Translations under genes and position numbers: made by a program
Shown: one piece after another, positions 1 to 13,208 of the stretch
Position numbering within the stretch: position 1 is the first letter of the stretch
How the letters are laid out: every line of letters begins with the position of its first letter
Assembly (NCBI RefSeq): GCF_006345805.1
Contig: NC_043005.1
Span: 104,346,001 to 104,410,000, forward strand
From: Octopus sinensis
Taxonomy: Eukaryota
Length of the DNA stretch: 64,000 nucleotides
Direction: 5' to 3'
The notes under the pieces: model-generated
The model's database searches: none
Seen by the model: the letters and a program-made list of their open reading frames with translations, nothing else
What the model was told of the DNA's origin: nothing

Positions 1-311
1 GGGCCGACCAATGCCTTGTGAGTGGATTTGGTAGACAGAAACTGAAAGAAGCCTGTCGTATATATGTATATATATATAAGTGTGTGTGTATATGTTTGTG
101 TGTCTGTGTTTGTCCTCCTATCATTGCTTGACAACCGATGGTGGTTTGTTTACGTCCCCGTCACTTAGCGGTTCGGCAAAAGAGACCGATAGAATAAGTA
201 CTGGGCTTACAAAAGAATAAGTCCCGGGGTCGATTTGCTCGACTAAAGGCGGTGTCCAGCATGGCCGCAGTCAAATGACTGAAACAAGTAAAAGAGTAAA
301 GAGTAAAAGAG
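1..311 (+). mobile_element. tRNA-derived SINE, family A (3' part, cut by window start)
   Basis: Same body as the fuller copies at 22402-22860 and 30941-31350, with an internal TA/TG microsatellite. Ends GGCCGCAGTCAAATGACTGAAACAAG followed by a (TAAAAGAG)n tail. Confidence 0.85.
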
Positions 312-2270
312 TATATATATATTTATACACACGCACATACATTTGATGTGTTTGTATGCATGTGTGTGTATGTGTTTGTCTTACAGAGGGCTCCATATAA
401 AAGGGAAGGGAGAGGAAAAAAGAGAGGAAAAATAATTAGAAGGCCACCACATAGCACTAACGTCTACGAGATATTCATTTTTACATTGAAGAGATATCTA
501 GATGTCTTATTTTCTCAGTATTGCATTGATAAATTCAGTACAAAGTGCAGATTCTTGAATGGGAATGAACTCACAACCAACTGCTGAACCTAATAGTATT
601 TGGCACTGAAAATCCAAGCTGTCTTTCTACTAAATGGAAATATATTCATAAACATCTACTCATTGACACGTTTTCTAAATTTGGCACTGAGTCACAGAAT
701 CAGAATCGATAAAATATATCTAGCAATCTAGTATTTACGAATTCAGGACAGGATGCTACTTCATAAAGACATTATGATTGTTGTTGTTGTTGCTATCGTT
801 GTCGTTGTTGTTATTGGTGTTGCTAAAATCATCATTATCATCATCATGGTCATTGTACTTGTTGCTCGTATTGTTATTGCCATCTTGCCAGAGTCGTCGT
901 TATCACTCCTGTCGTAGAAATCGCGATTATTAGGAAGAAAAAAGAAAACGTTAGATAAATTTAGTCAAGAGATTTAAAAAGCAACAAAATCAACAACAAC
1001 AACAACAAAAACAACGACAACAACATCGGTATATCTCTTTTAGACAATGCGATTTACAATTTACATCTCATTATGATTGTTGCAGACATCATAACATTTA
1101 TGTATTGAGCTCTTTGAAAGAGTTGAAAATTTCATTTACATACATAAACTAAAGTTTGAATGTAAAAATAATTGACCCAATGTTAATATTTCTTAAGCTA
1201 GCCTTTTCCATTGATCGACCGAGTTCCATATTGGAGCGGCTTTCTATTCTCATTGGAGCTTATTCTAAATCAAAACATGTCTCCTCTTTTAAAATATAAG
1301 AATTCGTTAATATTCCCCTTCGGATGACACTTTATCATTTTAGACACCAAAAGTTCTTCATGGGGTGATATGTCTAAACAAGAGCCAGAAAAGATTTGCT
1401 GTTAGGAATCACATTTGTCTTAGTGCCTCATTTAGTAATTGTAACAATTTTGTGCAAAATTCTTACCATTCATAGACATATACATATGTACACATATATC
1501 TACACAGACACGGATACACACACGTGCACGCATATACATATAAACATAGATATATATCTATACATAAAAGATATACATAGATATTTATATACGAGTGCTC
1601 GTATACCTTTATATCGTTTATTTACATGCAGGACATACAGTCACATACAAACACACACACACACACACACACGCAACTAATAGTGAAGGATTATCAATCC
1701 GGGCAAGCTCTTTGTTGGGACTCCAGGCTAGCAATATTAGTGAAGAACTCCAGGTAATCTTGTAATAGTGTCCAAGGTTACGTTTCATCACAATTCTATA
1801 TTGCAAATCCGTAGATTTTTACACAGAGTAATATATCAGAAACAAGTTAAAATAATGATCAATACACATTTTTTTTTATTAGAGCAATTATGGCTGACAG
1901 CTGTTTCCAGTATTCATTACCGATAAGTTTATTCAATTGGTCTATTGATCAATTGAGGAAAATTGAACGATCTAAGAAAATTAATCCTACTTTCATCAGA
2001 GCCGTTTCTGGTTATATAACCTCTTATACTTACATACACACACATGCGCACACATACGCATATATGCTTATGGTGCATTTGTGTATAGTGTTCGTGTTTG
2101 TGTATATGTTCGTGTATGTGCGCATGTATGTGAGCCCATGCGCGCGTGTGTGTGAACATTTCTCAGTATATAAATACATACAGTAGTTCATACTCAGAGT
2201 GAAAGAGAAATACTAAAAGAGAGATGAGTACTACAGGATTACTGGGGAAACAATGTTGCTGTTGTTGTTG

Positions 2271-2302
<32 letters not shown>

Positions 2303-2580
2303 GGTGATGCTACTGCTGCTACTAATGATGATGATGGTGTTGATGAGGGTCTTGACGATGATGATGTAATAAACAAAAACGCTCACGAACACATAGACAT
2401 GCACGCGCATACACACATCCATCCATCCATCCATACTTACATAAATACATACCTACATACATACATATTACATTGTATTATATTATATCATGTATACTAG
2501 TAATCGAGAAAGGATTTATATCTGTGCTTCTGTATTTACACAATCAGTATATTCTTAGTTTTTCTTCAACTTTACATATC

Positions 2581-2706
<126 letters not shown>

Positions 2707-3022
2707 TTTTCGTTTACTTTTCTTCTCTGAACTCGCACGTCTTTATGTCTATTTCAAAATTTCTTCGAAACTGTACCAGTTAACCTATCTTTCTTCTAAT
2801 CGTACCGATTTATCTAGCCATACAAATAGTAGAATACAATATTTTATAACGCATCTGCACATGGTATTTTAATTGTAATCACCCAGCTAGGAATAAATAA
2901 TACTAACTACTATGCTTACCATTACCATTTACTCAGACATAAATATACCAGCACCTAATTTCTTCTACTTTCTAAATTTAACATAAATAATAATGGGCCT
3001 ATAACACTTGAATTACTCTTAT

Positions 3023-3250
3023 GGAAGCGCGTGGCTTAGTGGTTAGGCTGATGGACTCATGATCGTAAGATTATGGTTTCGATTTCTGGACCGGGTGGCA
3101 CAGTGTGCTCTTGAGCAAAATACCTCATTTCCGGTTCACTCAGCTGGTAAAGATGAGTAAGCCTACCACGGCCTGGCATTCCTCCACAGGAGGAATATAT
3201 ACATCACGGAAACCGGAAAACCGGTCCTGAGTCCGTATGAGTCTATTCTC
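3023..3250 (+). mobile_element. tRNA-derived SINE, family C
   Basis: A-box-like TGGCTTAGTGGTTAGG and B-box-like GGTTTCGATTTC, then GTGCTCTTGAGCAAAATAC. Related heads at 20513 and 50535. Confidence 0.75.
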
Positions 3251-3317
3251 TTTTAGAAATATATCTTTCCACTCACATCACAAATCAAACTTTTACCTAA
3301 AGCTCTTTCAATTCATA

Positions 3318-4290
3318 CCGTAAATCCTCGAGTATAATCCGCATTTTTCCCCAAAATTTAAAGGTCAAAATCCCAAGTGCGTACTATATACGAGGTTAAA
3401 AATGAAAAATATTTTCTAAGCAATGTTCCAGTCTCTATTTGCTGTCCGGCAATATTTATTCAGACGCATTTTGTGATGTCGGGCGCGAAAATACCTTAAG
3501 CTAAGCTTGAAAGCAATGATGTCATAACAGAATCATCCATAACTTGCAGTAAGCAACATTTATTAAAATAAAAGTATTCAGAACACAGAATAACATGTAA
3601 CAAAAACAATTTGAAAACATATTTACATTCCCATATAACAGTTAAAAACATCACCATTATTGTATTACGCATGCACGGAAGTGTTTGTTCGACTAGGTGC
3701 TGCTGGCTTAATTACGCATAAATTGTGCTTAATAGTTTAGCGCTAAATAGTTCATCCTGCTGTTTGTATTAGTAGTTTGCATCATTACCATGGTAAATAA
3801 TAGATACTTAATTAAATACCAGTATTAAATGTTTGTACTACTGAGGGTCTTTACTAGGGTTTTTTTTATATAAGCGGCACTTAAACCTGTACATTAATCT
3901 CCAATAAAACATTTTATACATTACATGCCCATAAAATGCCTCGTAGATATTATTCAGCTATGTTTAAACTTGAAGTTATATCATATGCTGAAGAGCATGG
4001 TAATAGGGCCGCCGGAAGAAAATTTGATGTTGACGAAAGCAATGTCAGGTTATGGAGAAGAAATAAAGATGAAATTAAACAGATGCCAAAGATAAAGAAG
4101 GCAAGAAGGCAATAATAAAGGACGTTACTGCATACATTCTTACAAATCAAGGACGTTATATAGACCTCCTTGACTCAAATTAGAGAAGGGATACGTATTA
4201 TACACAAGGTTTAGGTTTTTCAGAGGTACAGCCCCCTAAAAATCCCCTGCGTATTATACACAAGGGCGGGCTATACTCGAGGATTTACAG
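3318..4290 (+). mobile_element. Non-autonomous pogo-type (Tc1/mariner superfamily) DNA transposon
   Basis: Left TIR CCGTAAATCCTCGAGTATAATCCGC; right TIR as reverse complement CTGTAAATCCTCGAGTATAGCCCGC. TA on both flanks (3316-3317, 4291-4292). Subterminal GCGTACTATATACGAGG and two CGTATTATACACAAGG motifs. Confidence 0.9.
3936..4115 (+). CDS. Truncated pogo transposase N-terminus (Brinker-type DNA-binding domain), 59 aa
   Basis: Manual translation MPRRYYSAMFKLEVISYAEEHGNRAAGRKFDVDESNVRLWRRNKDEIKQMPKIKKARRQ*. Matches the pattern of the BrkDBD helix-turn-helix found at the N-terminus of POGK/Passer-type transposases, and lies inside the TIR element. Confidence 0.8.
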   Translation: MPRRYYSAMFKLEVISYAEEHGNRAAGRKFDVDESNVRLWRRNKDEIKQMPKIKKARRQ

Positions 4291-6120
4291 TATTCAAATA
4301 CAGAGAGCAAGCAATTATAAGTTAAACACCACACTTACCCCTTTAAATATATCTAATTGCTCTCTTTAGAATCATATCTATTACAGTACCCGCACATTAC
4401 ATTTTGAATCTATCTTCTGAACCCAGAAGCACATATCTCCATTTAACTGTAAAGCAATCTTTCAATAAAACACCGCGCTATTACAATGTGAACAAATGAG
4501 TAGCAACCATATTAATTTTTGCACATTATTATTCATAACGTCAATGCTATTCTAAAACGATTTTCTTCTTCTCCCCTTACATCAATTTTCCTTGTATATT
4601 TGTGCGTGCGCGCGTTTGTGAGTGTATACATACATATATATTAGCATCATTATCATACAGTTTAACTGTCATTATATTATCATAACAATATTGAACTCTC
4701 CACTTAATTAATTTCAACAATGGTTAAACTACTTTCACCTTAATTTTACGTGACACTGTATTTTACTATAATTGACTATGTATTATGTATAACCTCTAAA
4801 CCATCTTTTTACTACTGTTTCTTGTTATTTTTCTTAATCCACATCATCATACTTGCTCATTTAAGATGCTTTAATATGTCGTAAAACAAATTCCTTTACC
4901 ATCCTAAAATATTTACCAAAAATGCTTACTTCTCATATTGCTCATACCTAAACTGTCCTTCAGATTTAAATAAGTCAGGCAGAATTCTCACAAGAGTATT
5001 TATATTTCTTCTTCTAGCTTAGCAAGATAGGAGAAATAATTTTGGGATGTGTGATGAGGGTATGAACTGGTGGGTGCGACAGGAGGTGTAACTTTTTACT
5101 GCATGTTGGTATTGTTGTTGTTGTTGATTAACTCCTTGTCCATTCTGAATGAGTAGTCCTAAAGCCCAAAACATTCAAATTGTGACAATCATGTTCGTTT
5201 TTAAGGCATAGCTTGTCCTTTCTTTTCTGAGATGATATGGCAAGATTCAAGAAAGGCTTAGCTGGAAATTTAAGCAACAAGAAATAACCATTCTTACTAA
5301 CTCGTTGGATTTTTCTTGTCGTTATTGTTGCAGTTGATTAATCCATATCAGCCTTAGTCGAAAATACCTATGATTAAAATCATTCCAGGTATGAACTTAT
5401 GTTATTTTCTTTTCGTGCTATGTATTCCATACAAGGCTATCCAGTCTGTAGGGTGTGACTGGAAAGAGATTTGATTGTTAATCGACTTCTCCAGCCCTCA
5501 AAATTTCCGGCTTTGTGCCAAGATAAGAAAAGTTAATGATAACGTTGGTTGTGTATGATAGTTGTTGCTGTTGTTGGGGGTAATGCTGTTTAGCGCTAGG
5601 TCGTCAACTCCGACCAAACAGATCTATGATCAAAGATATTCCGAACATTATCATCCATATTTTGGACGACATTGTATAATGCCTACTTTTTAAAGACCAT
5701 TGGAAGAAATGGCTGCCACTTTTAGCAGAGCGAGCGTTCACATGGTTGTTATAGTTGTTGCTTAGAACCGAGGTTGAGGCCCTAATCAAGCACGCATGTG
5801 ATTAAAAGCATTCTAACTGTGATCCTACATTCTTTATTAATATGGTGTGATGTTATTTGGAAGACATTTGGCTACTGTTTCTTGAAGGTCGAGCAACCAC
5901 TGATGAATCATTTGAAAACTGTTTAGCTCTACATCAGCCCCGATTAAGTTGAGCTATGATCAAAGGGACTCCAATCACAACCTTCTCGTATTTTTTTTTA
6001 TTGGTTTCTTTGCTGTTTGTAGCAGGTCGAGCAACTGCAAAGAGTTTCCCGGGTATGCTTGTATGATGGTTGTTCAAGCTAGTCATAATTGAAATAATGT
6101 TTGATATTATGTTGCTGCAA

Positions 6121-6121
6121 A

Positions 6122-6167
<46 letters not shown>

Positions 6168-6201
6168 GCTACTACTACTACTACCACCACCACCACCACC
6201 G

Positions 6202-6250
<49 letters not shown>

Positions 6251-6290
6251 ACTACTACTATTACTACTACTACTACCACTACCCTCCACC

Positions 6291-6353
<63 letters not shown>

Positions 6354-6430
6354 GCTACTACTTAATAGCAGCAGCAGCAGTAGCAGCAGCAGCATTAGTA
6401 GCTACGGCTATAGCAGTAGTTGTAGTTGTA
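6121..6430. repeat. Compound trinucleotide microsatellite (CTA/CCA/GCA/GTA)
   Basis: Seen directly; source of the poly-L, poly-Y and poly-V ORFs. Confidence 0.95.
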
Positions 6431-8392
6431 GTTGTTTTGATGGTGTGAACTGGGGAAGAAGATTGTGATGCGAATGCTTTTGCCGATGTCGTTGCGCACT
6501 GAAACTGGTGATGGAAGTGTTCTCTTGTGTTGCGTTGTTCTAAATGAAGCCGCTGAGAAAGCGAAGACGTGGGGGATGCGAAGGTTTATAATTAGACCAC
6601 GCCAAATTCATTAATGTGCGAAGAACAATGCTTAATTAAATAGTCACCTGTCGTCGGTTTTCTTTTCATGTCGACTTTTACATGATGATGTTTAGGCGGT
6701 ATGGCTTTGTCTAAATGTCTGTATGTTAAATGACGTAGAATCAGTGGTAATGATAGTATTGATTGTAATGATGGTGATGCGTATGGTGATGGTTGTAGGG
6801 TAGTGATGCGGTTTCCAGATCTTTTTATGGGTGTACTGTACGATTAAAAAATGGTGGTGGTGATGCGTTTATATCAGCATAATTTTCATATTTGTTCTGT
6901 TCTGATCAAAGAAAATAATATCGATGTAAATTTAAATTTATATTTGTAGAAAACTAATTTAGGATTGAACACTGAAAAACCTACTTGTATTAAAAAAATT
7001 TTATGAATTCAAACTCAGCTCACATATACGACACATGCACAAAAAATGTATATATTTCAAAATTTAAACAACTTAAAAAAAAAATATGTATATATATATA
7101 TATATATAAAACAGTGGAAAGTTAGAAAGAAAATTAGAAGGAATATCGAGAGAATGATGAGACTATAGATATCAAATGAAAATCTTCTTTTGCCTGTTGA
7201 TAGCTGTGGGGAGGAGGAACGTAGATGGTGTGTGGATCTTAGAGTTGCAGTTCCGGGAGGGAAGAATTGGAAAACATTAAGTGTTGAACTAGTTAAAGAT
7301 CCGGAATGAGAAAATTTCTCCGAATCCGGCAGCAAATTACCAGAACTCTGAGATGTAAAGGGAACAATTATTTAGTATTCCGACACATGACATTGCTATG
7401 TTAATAGTCTAAAAATCAATTGACTCTGTCCCATATGAAGAAAACGTAACAGCTTAAAATATTCTGACATACCAGGCATATCACTTCTCAACTTAAAACC
7501 GAAAGAAAGAGTATCTTTCTATTTTGTGATCACAATATTTAATAATCAGTAAAAAAAATCCACTTGGTGGTGAATTAACTGATAGGCAACTCCAGTGAAG
7601 CAACTACTTGAAAAATACTCAATCACACTCACTCACTTAGATGTGTATACTCACTTCCATAATCATTAACAGTTATACCTACAGAAATACATTTAATTCT
7701 ACAATCACACAGATTCATATGTCTATAAGCTCGAAAATACACGCATACATTTAATAACACAATAAAAGCATTTGCTATATTTTCAAATATGTACAGTATC
7801 ATATTTCGCTACACATTCGATGACACTCACATGCATATATATCTGTGTATATGAGTGTCATATACACCAACCCAAAGCTAATATTTCACCTTCTCACGCA
7901 AATATTCTCAAATATACTCACATTCTTAATCTCTTACACAATCACATAAACAAAGCCACAGCCAATCTCCATTATACTTACAAATACTCTCCCGTTCTCT
8001 CTTTTGCTTTCACACTACCACGCGCGTGCACATATACACACACCCACACAAAGAAAACCACGCGCGCGCGCGCACACATACAATCATACACACACACAAC
8101 ACAAATATAAATACTCGAAAACATTCAGGTCTCCGTTGATTTAGCATAATTGCTATAATTAATTGAATGGCGAGTGTTTAAGTTTTAAAACTTTTTCTCA
8201 TTTCACCAACTCAAGTATTTATAATCACTTTCACACAATAAACTGCTTGCCCTAGATTTTCAGGCTTTTCATTTTAATTTGGCTTCCAATGAAATTCCTG
8301 CATAACAAAGGAAATCTACACTATACATGAGGGTGTATATATATTTTTAGATATTCTACTCTCTCCCCCTATCGCTCTCTCTTTCCATCATA

Positions 8393-8486
<94 letters not shown>

Positions 8487-8750
8487 GTCTGTCTGTCTGT
8501 CTAGCTATCAATCTCCTTCTCGTTCTCCCAAGCCAAGCTTCAGAGAATATACCTATATGTATAGGTACATTGTTTTATTTTCCTCTTTGCCTGTCCCTTC
8601 CCATCTATTTTTCTCTTCCCCCTCTTTCTATCTATATTGCATATATACAATATAATATAACATTATATTGTAGTACATTATATATATATATATACAAGTG
8701 TGTGTATATATATGTATGTAATGCATGTATGTATGCATATATATACGTAT

Positions 8751-8801
<51 letters not shown>

Positions 8802-8835
8802 TATATTATATATATAGATATATATATATATTATA

Positions 8836-8866
<31 letters not shown>

Positions 8867-9054
8867 GGTGTGTTGTATATATATAATGTACTGTTCCGTT
8901 ATGGTAAGATCAACAAAAAAGTACTCTATCTGGTGAGAGATAAATATTATCTAATAAAAGCAATATATGTTTTTATGTGCTACTATTAGTTTCATCTGCT
9001 GAGAGCATACCAGACAGTATTTTTATTAACAAATCTGGAGTCCTAGCATAATCA

Positions 9055-9102
9055 TCAGGCACTGCCCATATGGCATAACGAAGCCATATGGGCAGTGCCT
9101 GA
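9055..9102. repeat. Perfect 20-bp inverted repeat with 8-nt loop
   Basis: TCAGGCACTGCCCATATGGC - ATAACGAA - GCCATATGGGCAGTGCCTGA. Confidence 0.9.
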
Positions 9103-9146
9103 GGATTGTTGTAGGACACCAGTATTAAAAATTACTGTTATATATA

Positions 9147-9347
9147 GTACGACCGTCACTAAAGTGACTAAGGTTGCCTGTCAGCATCAACATTGTTACA
9201 GCAAAGCACTTATCTATTGACTAACAAAGGAGACAACCTCCCTAGAGCAAGCGAGAGTGTCAGATCATCGATGATTTTGGATTGAATTAATCTTCATCAT
9301 TGACACTTCTTTGCCTAGGTTTAAATTGAAACCGCTTTTTCAGTTTA
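9147..9347 (+). mobile_element. Degenerate partial copy of the adjacent TTAA MITE
   Basis: Aligns by eye to 9460-9700: CGTCACTAAA.TGACTAAGG, ACACTTATCT.TTGACT, CAAGCGAGA..G.CAGATCATCGATGATTT, TGCCTAGG.TTAAA.TGAA. Confidence 0.75.
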
Positions 9348-9414
9348 TAGAAAATACCATAGGAATCAGTGGCTCATTCGGTAAACTGATAAAGTGAAAA
9401 TTATAAGTTATTAA

Positions 9415-9734
9415 GGTGGTTAGTCGCAATTAATCGCAATTTAAAACCAGAAAGCACAAGTACAATCGTCACTAAAATGACTAAGGGTGCAAATCAGCAC
9501 CAGCATTGCTACAAATAGGAGTCTAAACAACTCTTAACCATGGGTATAACACTTATCTGTTGACTGACGAGGTAGACAACCTTCCTACAGCAAGCGAGAT
9601 TGCCAGATCATCGATGATTTCAGATTGAATCAATCCTCGTCAATGACACTTACTCCGTTGCCTAGGGTTAAACTGAATACGCCTTGTCAGTTTAGTGACG
9701 ATTGTACGTGTGCCTTTTGGTTTTTAAAATCACC
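9415..9734. mobile_element. MITE with TTAA target duplication (possibly Kolobok-like)
   Basis: TTAA|GGTG...CACC|TTAA. Imperfect TIRs share TTTAAAACCA.AA.GCACA.GTACAATCGTCACTAAA. RR...YY ends with TTAA fit Kolobok better than piggyBac (CCY...RGG). Confidence 0.7.
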
Positions 9735-10004
9735 TTAATAATGTGTGTATCTGCCTGTCTGTCTGTCTGTCTGTCTCTCTCTCTGTATATATATATATAT
9801 ATATATATAACGTTGAAAAGAGTGCTCAACACCGCATTGGTGGATATATAATTTCTTTATTTGTGAATTAAGGCTACCATTGGTTTTATGTGAAGACGAG
9901 TAGGAAAATATCCTAGTATCTTATAGAGGCGAACAACTTTATCCATGTGATCGGCTTGAAAAATTGTTAAGAGACTAGAATATTTTCCAACTCTTCTTAA
10001 ACTC

Positions 10005-10265
10005 TTCTTGTGTGGCATGGTGCAGAGTCCAGTTGCCAGATATAGGGTCTTCCAGCAGCCACCCTCTTGTCCCAGGCAACACTTCCTCCACCAAGCACTT
10101 GATGTAGGCCTCCGTGTTGAGTCTGAGGCTGTGTAGGAAGATGAAAGGAGGCATAACGTCGCCATCACTAATAATCACTCCAAACACTATGGTGTTGCCT
10201 GGATGCTTAATTTTTATCACTCTCGGTACAAGCCAACGGTTGTTCTGTGTATTAACCATCTGATG
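10005..10265 (-). pseudogene. Tc1/mariner (maT/DD37D-like) transposase DDE-region fragment, frameshifted
   Basis: QMVNTQNNRWL...KHPGNTIVFGVIISDGDVMPPFIF...LNTEAYIKCL, continuing in a shifted frame as VAAGRPYIWQLDSAPCHT (second catalytic D motif). Confidence 0.8.
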
Positions 10266-10455
10266 CTGGCAGATTGTGATGCCACAGCAAGACACACACA
10301 AGGCATTCCATTCATTTCCCAGCACAAAGAGGTAAGCCCCGTTCTATGCTCGGGTCATGGCATAGAACGTATAATTGAGTATAATAGAGTTAAAATTTAT
10401 AATTCTTAAAGAAGAATACTATTATATTCTTCTTAAGAATATTCTGAACATATCA

Positions 10456-11146
10456 CGGGAAAATCTGACACTGTTTCAGGCTGATCCAGCTGCTTTCCTT
10501 AAACGTTTCCTAACCCAGCATGAGTATTGATTTCATCACTTAGAGCCAGATACAAAGAGACAATTCATGCAGAGGAAACACTCTTCTCCAAAGAAGGCCG
10601 AAGTCGTTTCATCTGCAGGGAAGGTGATGGCCTCAGTTTTGGAGATGCAACAGGTATCGTGTTTATTGACTATCTTCAAAAGAGTCACAACTCGAATGGA
10701 AAGTATTATACCAATTTGCTGAAGCAGTTACAAAAGGCTATCAAGACCCAATACCCAGATAAATAGATGAAAAATGTTTTGTTTCATCAGGACAAGGCAC
10801 CAGCGCACAAGCTCTTGGTTTCAATGGCTGCTGTGCGTGACTGCAGCTTTGAACTGGTTGATCACTCTCTCCATTCTCCAATTCGGCTCCATCTAATTAT
10901 CATAAATTCCAACGTAAAGAAAAACACTTGACAGGAAACCAGTATCGCAGTGATGCTGACATCATATCTACTGTTGATGACTTCTATGACCAACAGGATG
11001 AAAGCTTCTTCACCAATGGGATCCAAGCGCTGCAACACCGATGGAAGAAATGCGTGGACCGCAAGGTGTTCTGTGTTGAAAAATAAGTAATTCGGTCACA
11101 TACCATGAAAATATCTACGTTAGTCTATGAACGTTTTAACCCCTTG
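10456..11146 (+). mobile_element. 5'-truncated mariner (DD34D) element with decayed transposase
   Basis: FLKRFLTQHEY*FHHLEPDTKRQ..SAGKVMASV / DATGIVFIDYLQK..NGKYYTNLLKQL..LFHQDKAPAHK..LAPSNY..GIQALQHRWKKCVDRK..VEK*. Multiple stops and frameshifts; the 3' end runs to TA at 11147-11148. Confidence 0.9.
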
Positions 11147-11174
11147 TATACATATATGATATATAATGTGTGTG

Positions 11175-11257
<83 letters not shown>

Positions 11258-11363
11258 ATTGTATGTATGTGTGTATATGTATATATAATATATATAATAT
11301 ATATATAATATTGTATGTATGTGTGTATATGTATATATATATATATATCTATAATATATATAT

Positions 11364-11398
<35 letters not shown>

Positions 11399-11399
11399 G

Positions 11400-11433
<34 letters not shown>

Positions 11434-11593
11434 CAGTGAGTTAAAAGAAGTAGAGAGTACAGTATAAAGCTCGTCCACCTTCAGATTTCACCCCGTGCTA
11501 TCCAGTAGTAGTATCATACGTACATCATGGTTTGTGTTCGGACATCTGTCGTGTGTGAATATACAACCGAAAAACGTTTTTCAATTGTAAATC

Positions 11594-11762
<169 letters not shown>

Positions 11763-11857
11763 TAACAATTTAACAAATAAAACATATGCATACATACATA
11801 CATATATGTACATACCTACATCTATATGTATATATACATGCATATATATATATATAT

Positions 11858-12318
11858 GAGTACAGGACACCACAAATAAACGTAGAACACAACGAGAAAC
11901 GAAAACATAAAAACAAACAAGGAAACGGACTTTTTTTAACAACGAAAAAACAGAGTACAAGACAAACAATACAAGGAATATTCCTCTTCATCAGCTGCCC
12001 CTGGTTCGACTCAATGCGTGTTTCGAAGGTAAGAGCAGAACATGAACCTGCCGAAGCAGTCCTTCCTGCAAAATGAATTAAATAAAATTCTTTTGCAGAG
12101 GGGTAAAAAAAGAAAAAAAGTGACAAGAACAGGACGTAAAAGCAATACAAATAAAAATACAGAACACATAAAGAATAAAAACAGGACAAGGAAACCAACA
12201 TTGAGGGCTTTTCTAAGCCTAGACGGTGGAAAAATTCTTTGGAGCGCAATTCAGAAGATCGACTTGCTAGAGACAGAAGAAGTCGATGTTGACTTGTAGA
12301 AATCTGCGAGCGAAAGGA

Positions 12319-12320
<2 letters not shown>
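11858..12320 (-). repeat. Microsatellite-flanked dispersed repeat, related to 50947-51388 and 18010-18345
   Basis: Shared ordered motifs on the pyrimidine-rich strand: TAGGCTTAG..GCCC (shared with 50947-51388), GAAA(C/T)...GT(C/A)...C(T/A)GATGA and a T-rich tail. Confidence 0.5.
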
Positions 12321-12417
<97 letters not shown>

Positions 12418-12467
12418 GGAGAGAGAGAGAGAGAGGAGAGAGAGATAGATAGATAGATAGATAGATT

Positions 12468-12532
<65 letters not shown>

Positions 12533-12549
12533 GTAGGTAGGTCGATAGG

Positions 12550-12602
<53 letters not shown>

Positions 12603-13208
12603 TTACAATTGAAAAACTTCTTTCGGATATTTATTCACACACACACACACATTTTTGTATTTTATATATATGTGTATGTGTCGATTTTAAACCTGTTTAA
12701 AATCTTCCACCCCTATCCTATTCCGTTCTCTCACCTCTCCTCTATATCTCTAAAACAATTTATTCTTATCTTCTCCACTCTACAATCAAATATATATGAA
12801 ATATATTTTACTAACTGAATCTTGACTTTCAGTTTTCTGGCTAAAGGAATAAATGAATTCTTGGAGAAAAAAATCAGACGGGAGCTACTAAAACAGCCTC
12901 GTTCTGGATTTGCTTTAGTCTGTTCTTTCATTTACAAATTTCGTACCGACTTTTTATAACTCTGAGACCCATAAACAGGATGTGGAGTTTCCTGGTCTCC
13001 AACAGGTATCCTTGCCAAAGCAGATGACTCCTGAATTTGCCTATCAATTTTCTAAAATTTGGAAACAATATAAATTTGTTACTATGGAAGTGTTACAATA
13101 TACAAAGTGTAGTAATATACTCACTCTTTTACAAAACATTTGAGTTCCAGTTTTATCTGACACGTGATAAATTGGTCAACTATATATACATGCATACATA
13201 CATACACA

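Noticed and set aside
6070-6468. Poly-L/Y/T/S ORFs (also 23247-24405, 38342-38737, 57386-57740, 61138-61414)
   Set aside because: They are open only because of trinucleotide repeats, with no non-repetitive coding context.
7177-7280. Signal-peptide-like start MKIFFCLLIAVG
   Set aside because: Stops after about 34 codons with no convincing donor site.
11975-12035. Functional type II hammerhead in the 11.9, 18.2 and 51.1 kb repeats
   Set aside because: Core words are present, but stem I cannot form and stem III is mismatched in all three; kept only as a low-level family observation.
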